From Bacilli bacterium (GTDB taxonomy: Bacteria; Bacillota_I; Bacilli_A; RFN20; CAG-826): a stretch of DNA of 64,000 nt. Position 1 is the first letter of the stretch; every line of letters begins with the position of its first letter. The DNA lies in the NCBI GenBank assembly GCA_041653015.1, contig JBAZGG010000002.1:36378-100377 (forward strand), read 5' to 3'. This document shows positions 61,603-64,000 of this stretch, piece by piece. The notes beneath the pieces were generated by a model. The model saw only the letters and a list, made by a program, of their open reading frames with translations. It searched no databases and was not told the DNA's origin. Made by a program: the position numbers and the translations under genes.

Positions 61603-62838
61603 TTATTCAAGAGGAAAACGGCTGGTCAATTCAAGAACTTGCGCTTTTATTTTTGCTAATTCATCCGGATTATTTTTATTGTGCAGAGCGGCATCGATCA
61701 GATGAGCGGTTAACCTGAATTCATTTTCTTTAAAACCTCTCGTGGTCATCGCCGGTGTGCCGAGTCTGATCCCCGATGCTCTCATCGGAGGCTGAGTGTC
61801 GTTAGGTATCGTATTTTTGTTCGTCGTAATATTCACTTCATGAAGAATCGTTTCCGCTTCTTTTCCCGTCAAACCGATATCAAAAACATTGAAGATTAAG
61901 AGATGATTATCAGTCGTTCCGCTCACGACGCGATAACCGAGACTAGATAGTTCATTTGCTAAAACTTTAGCATTCTTCACCACCTGTTCTTGATATTTTG
62001 TAAACGAGGGATCGAGCGCTTCTTTAAAAGCTACAGCTTTCCCTGCGATGATATGCATTAGTGGTCCGCCTTGAATACCCGGAAAAACAACTTTATTTAT
62101 TCTTTTGAATAATTCTTCATCATTGGTGAGAATGACTCCACCGCGAGGTCCGCGCAAGGTTTTATGCGTTGTTGTCGTCACAACATGAGCAAAAGGGCAG
62201 GGATTCTGGTGAAGACCGGCAGCGACCAAACCAGCGATGTGAGCCATATCGACAAAAAGATATGCGCCAACCGCATCGGCGATCTCACGAAATTTTTTGA
62301 AATCGATCAATCGAGAATAAGCGGATGCACCAGCGACGATCATCTTTGGTTTTATCTCTTTGGCAAGTTTTTCAACCGCTTCGTAATCGATCATCTCTGT
62401 CTTAGAATCGACGCCGTATGAAAAGGCCTCATAATCGGAGCCGGAAAATGATAGCTTATAACCATGTGTCAAATGTCCACCGGCGTCAAGAGACATGCCG
62501 AGCACTCGATCGCCATGATTCAATAAAGCGCGATAGACCGCCATATTAGCTTGAGAGCCGGAATGTGGTTGGACGTTTGCAAACTTCACGTTGAACAATT
62601 TGCATACTCTATCGATAGCGAGATTCTCGACGATGTCGACATATTCGCATCCACCATAATATCTTTTGCCGGGGTAGCCTTCAGCGTATTTATTAGTGAA
62701 AACGGAACCGCAAGCCTCGCGAACAGCTGGAGATGTGAAATTCTCACTGGCGATCAATTCGATGTGCTCATTCTGCCTTTTTGTCTCTTGAAGAAGTGCA
62801 TCAAATACTTCGGTATCGACTTGTTTTAATGTTTTCAT
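61603..62838 (-). CDS. glyA: Serine hydroxymethyltransferase
   Basis: PLP-lysine motif [14 protein letters not shown], 411 aa. Its own TTGAAA-17-TATCAT promoter lies at about 62850-62880 on the minus strand. Confidence 0.95.
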   Translation of the reverse strand: MKTLKQVDTEVFDALLQETKRQNEHIELIASENFTSPAVREACGSVFTNKYAEGYPGKRYYGGCEYVDIVENLAIDRVCKLFNVKFANVQPHSGSQANMAVYRALLNHGDRVLGMSLDAGGHLTHGYKLSFSGSDYEAFSYGVDSKTEMIDYEAVEKLAKEIKPKMIVAGASAYSRLIDFKKFREIADAVGAYLFVDMAHIAGLVAAGLHQNPCPFAHVVTTTTHKTLRGPRGGVILTNDEELFKRINKVVFPGIQGGPLMHIIAGKAVAFKEALDPSFTKYQEQVVKNAKVLANELSSLGYRVVSGTTDNHLLIFNVFDIGLTGKEAETILHEVNITTNKNTIPNDTQPPMRASGIRLGTPAMTTRGFKENEFRLTAHLIDAALHNKNNPDELAKIKAQVLELTSRFPLE

Positions 62839-62909
62839 ATTAAAAATTTCCTTATAGGAAAATGATATAAGTTAAACGATGGTTTTTCAAGGCATTTTCT
62901 AAAGAGATT

Positions 62910-63905
62910 TCATTTCGGTTGAGCGATGTTCGACAGATGTCTTTTTTCGGCTTGATAGATTGACATCAGCTGAGCAAAGTACATCTTTCGCATGATGTCG
63001 TAGCGCTTGCTCTCCTCTTCGCTCACGGTTTTTAAGTAGAGATGAGAAAATATTTTTTCCAGACGGAAAAATGATTCGTATAGATTGAGCAATGTGAAAA
63101 CATAGAAATAATCTTTCTTTGAATAGATTAATAGCGGCGAAGAATGGGCGATTTCACTCGACATTTCATACGTGTCAGAATAAGAGGAGAGATTAGCCAC
63201 TCTTTCGACACCATCGCGGAAATTAAATTTAAAATTATCAATTTTCGCAACATCTTTGATCCCGGTTAGCCAGCCGTATTCGATAAAGCGCTTAGTGTCC
63301 TTGCTCTTGAGATCATATCGGCGCATCTCTTCTTTGATATCCTCAAATATTTTATCCGTTTCTTCTTTGGAGTAATATCCGCCCCGAAATGCTGTGGCGT
63401 ACTTCATATGTTTAAGATATTCTTGAACGACTGGGTCACCATATTTTATGATGATGGACAAAATGCACTCTGTCTCATGAAGAGTTCTCCATGTTGAAAA
63501 GGCTTCTGTTTCAAAACCTCCGACGAGCAAATCCAAAATAGCCTTACCCATGGAAAAGCCTTTGTTCATGATGTCGACGATGAGCGTTTGAGAAGGATTA
63601 TTTTGATTATATCTCGATAGCATTCCAAGAATAAAATTGAGATAGACGTTGAGAGTGGAGATCGGCGGAGCAAACCTGTTCGCATATGATTTGTTGCGAA
63701 AGGCGAGATGCTCGTTCGTATAATATTTATCGAGCGACATCGATACAATCGCAGCCATATATTTCTCATCTTGACAGACTTTTTGCATATCCATCTTTGG
63801 ATTTGTGAGAGCGAAATAGTAATGTTCATTCATCAAGTAGAGAATGAGAAGAACTGGATTTAAGGTGGAGAGTCTGCCAAACGGACCATTTTTGGTTAGA
63901 TTCAC
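62910..63905 (-). CDS. Hypothetical protein (331 aa), GTG start
   Basis: No recognised family. An Rx6H motif (FRLEKIFSH) lies near the C-terminus. The GTG start overlaps the upstream ORF stop as GTGA. Confidence 0.45.
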   Translation of the reverse strand: MNLTKNGPFGRLSTLNPVLLILYLMNEHYYFALTNPKMDMQKVCQDEKYMAAIVSMSLDKYYTNEHLAFRNKSYANRFAPPISTLNVYLNFILGMLSRYNQNNPSQTLIVDIMNKGFSMGKAILDLLVGGFETEAFSTWRTLHETECILSIIIKYGDPVVQEYLKHMKYATAFRGGYYSKEETDKIFEDIKEEMRRYDLKSKDTKRFIEYGWLTGIKDVAKIDNFKFNFRDGVERVANLSSYSDTYEMSSEIAHSSPLLIYSKKDYFYVFTLLNLYESFFRLEKIFSHLYLKTVSEEESKRYDIMRKMYFAQLMSIYQAEKRHLSNIAQPK

Positions 63906-64000
63906 CGCCGCTTGACTCGCTTCAGAATAGCAGCGGTAAAGGAAATCTTTGTCGAGTTCAAAACTAGGTTTAATATTCTCATAAACTTCGCTAAACTGCT
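63902..64000 (-). CDS. 3' end of an unidentified CDS entering from beyond the window (...ILKRVKRR*)
   Basis: A 32-codon open frame runs to the window edge and ends in a TGA that overlaps the GTG start of the next gene. Confidence 0.3.
   Translation of the reverse strand, partial: SSLAKFMRILNLVLNSTKISFTAAILKRVKRR

Overview
This is an AT-rich window of standard-code, low-GC Firmicute/Tenericute-like chromosome. It is almost entirely housekeeping genes, and the synteny matches Bacillus closely. Blocks, left to right:
- dnaE(3' end)-polA-mutM/coaE, with dnaI-dnaB on the opposite strand.
- pfkA-ROK kinase.
- A T-box-regulated thrS, then an L20-leader-type attenuator and the infC(AUU start)-rpmI-rplT operon.
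- thiI-nifZ-ezrA opposite rpsD.
- A DUF1919-like insertion, tyrS translationally coupled to a CcpA-like LacI regulator, an NAPRTase-family gene, M42 peptidase, trmB, pepV-like dipeptidase and coaX.
- glgC-glgD-glgA with leuS directly coupled to glgA.
- rpmB, then the conserved priA...rsmB-rlmN-prpC-prkC-rsgA-rpe cluster, without def/fmt and with an apparently degenerate RsmB.
- gmk, an LRR lipoprotein, rqcH, trmL and ppa.
- A complete atpIBEFHAGDC operon, a second PPi-type phosphofructokinase, a secreted S/T/Y/N-rich protein, a TGS-domain uridine-kinase-like gene carrying a near-consensus cre site, glyA, and an uncharacterised gene pair at the right edge.

I found no rRNA or tRNA genes, CRISPR arrays, IS elements or prophage genes. 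The most unusual items are:
- an in-frame mutM-coaE fusion;
- aminoacyl-tRNA synthetase genes (tyrS, leuS) fused into metabolic or regulatory operons without T-box leaders;
- tandem cre-like palindromes upstream of the LacI-family gene;
- a putatively catalytically dead RsmB homologue;
- paired ATP/PPi PFK paralogues;
- a soluble PASTA-less Hanks kinase;
- the edge-located unknown two-gene module.

All functional calls rest on motif and synteny recognition by eye. No database searches were run.
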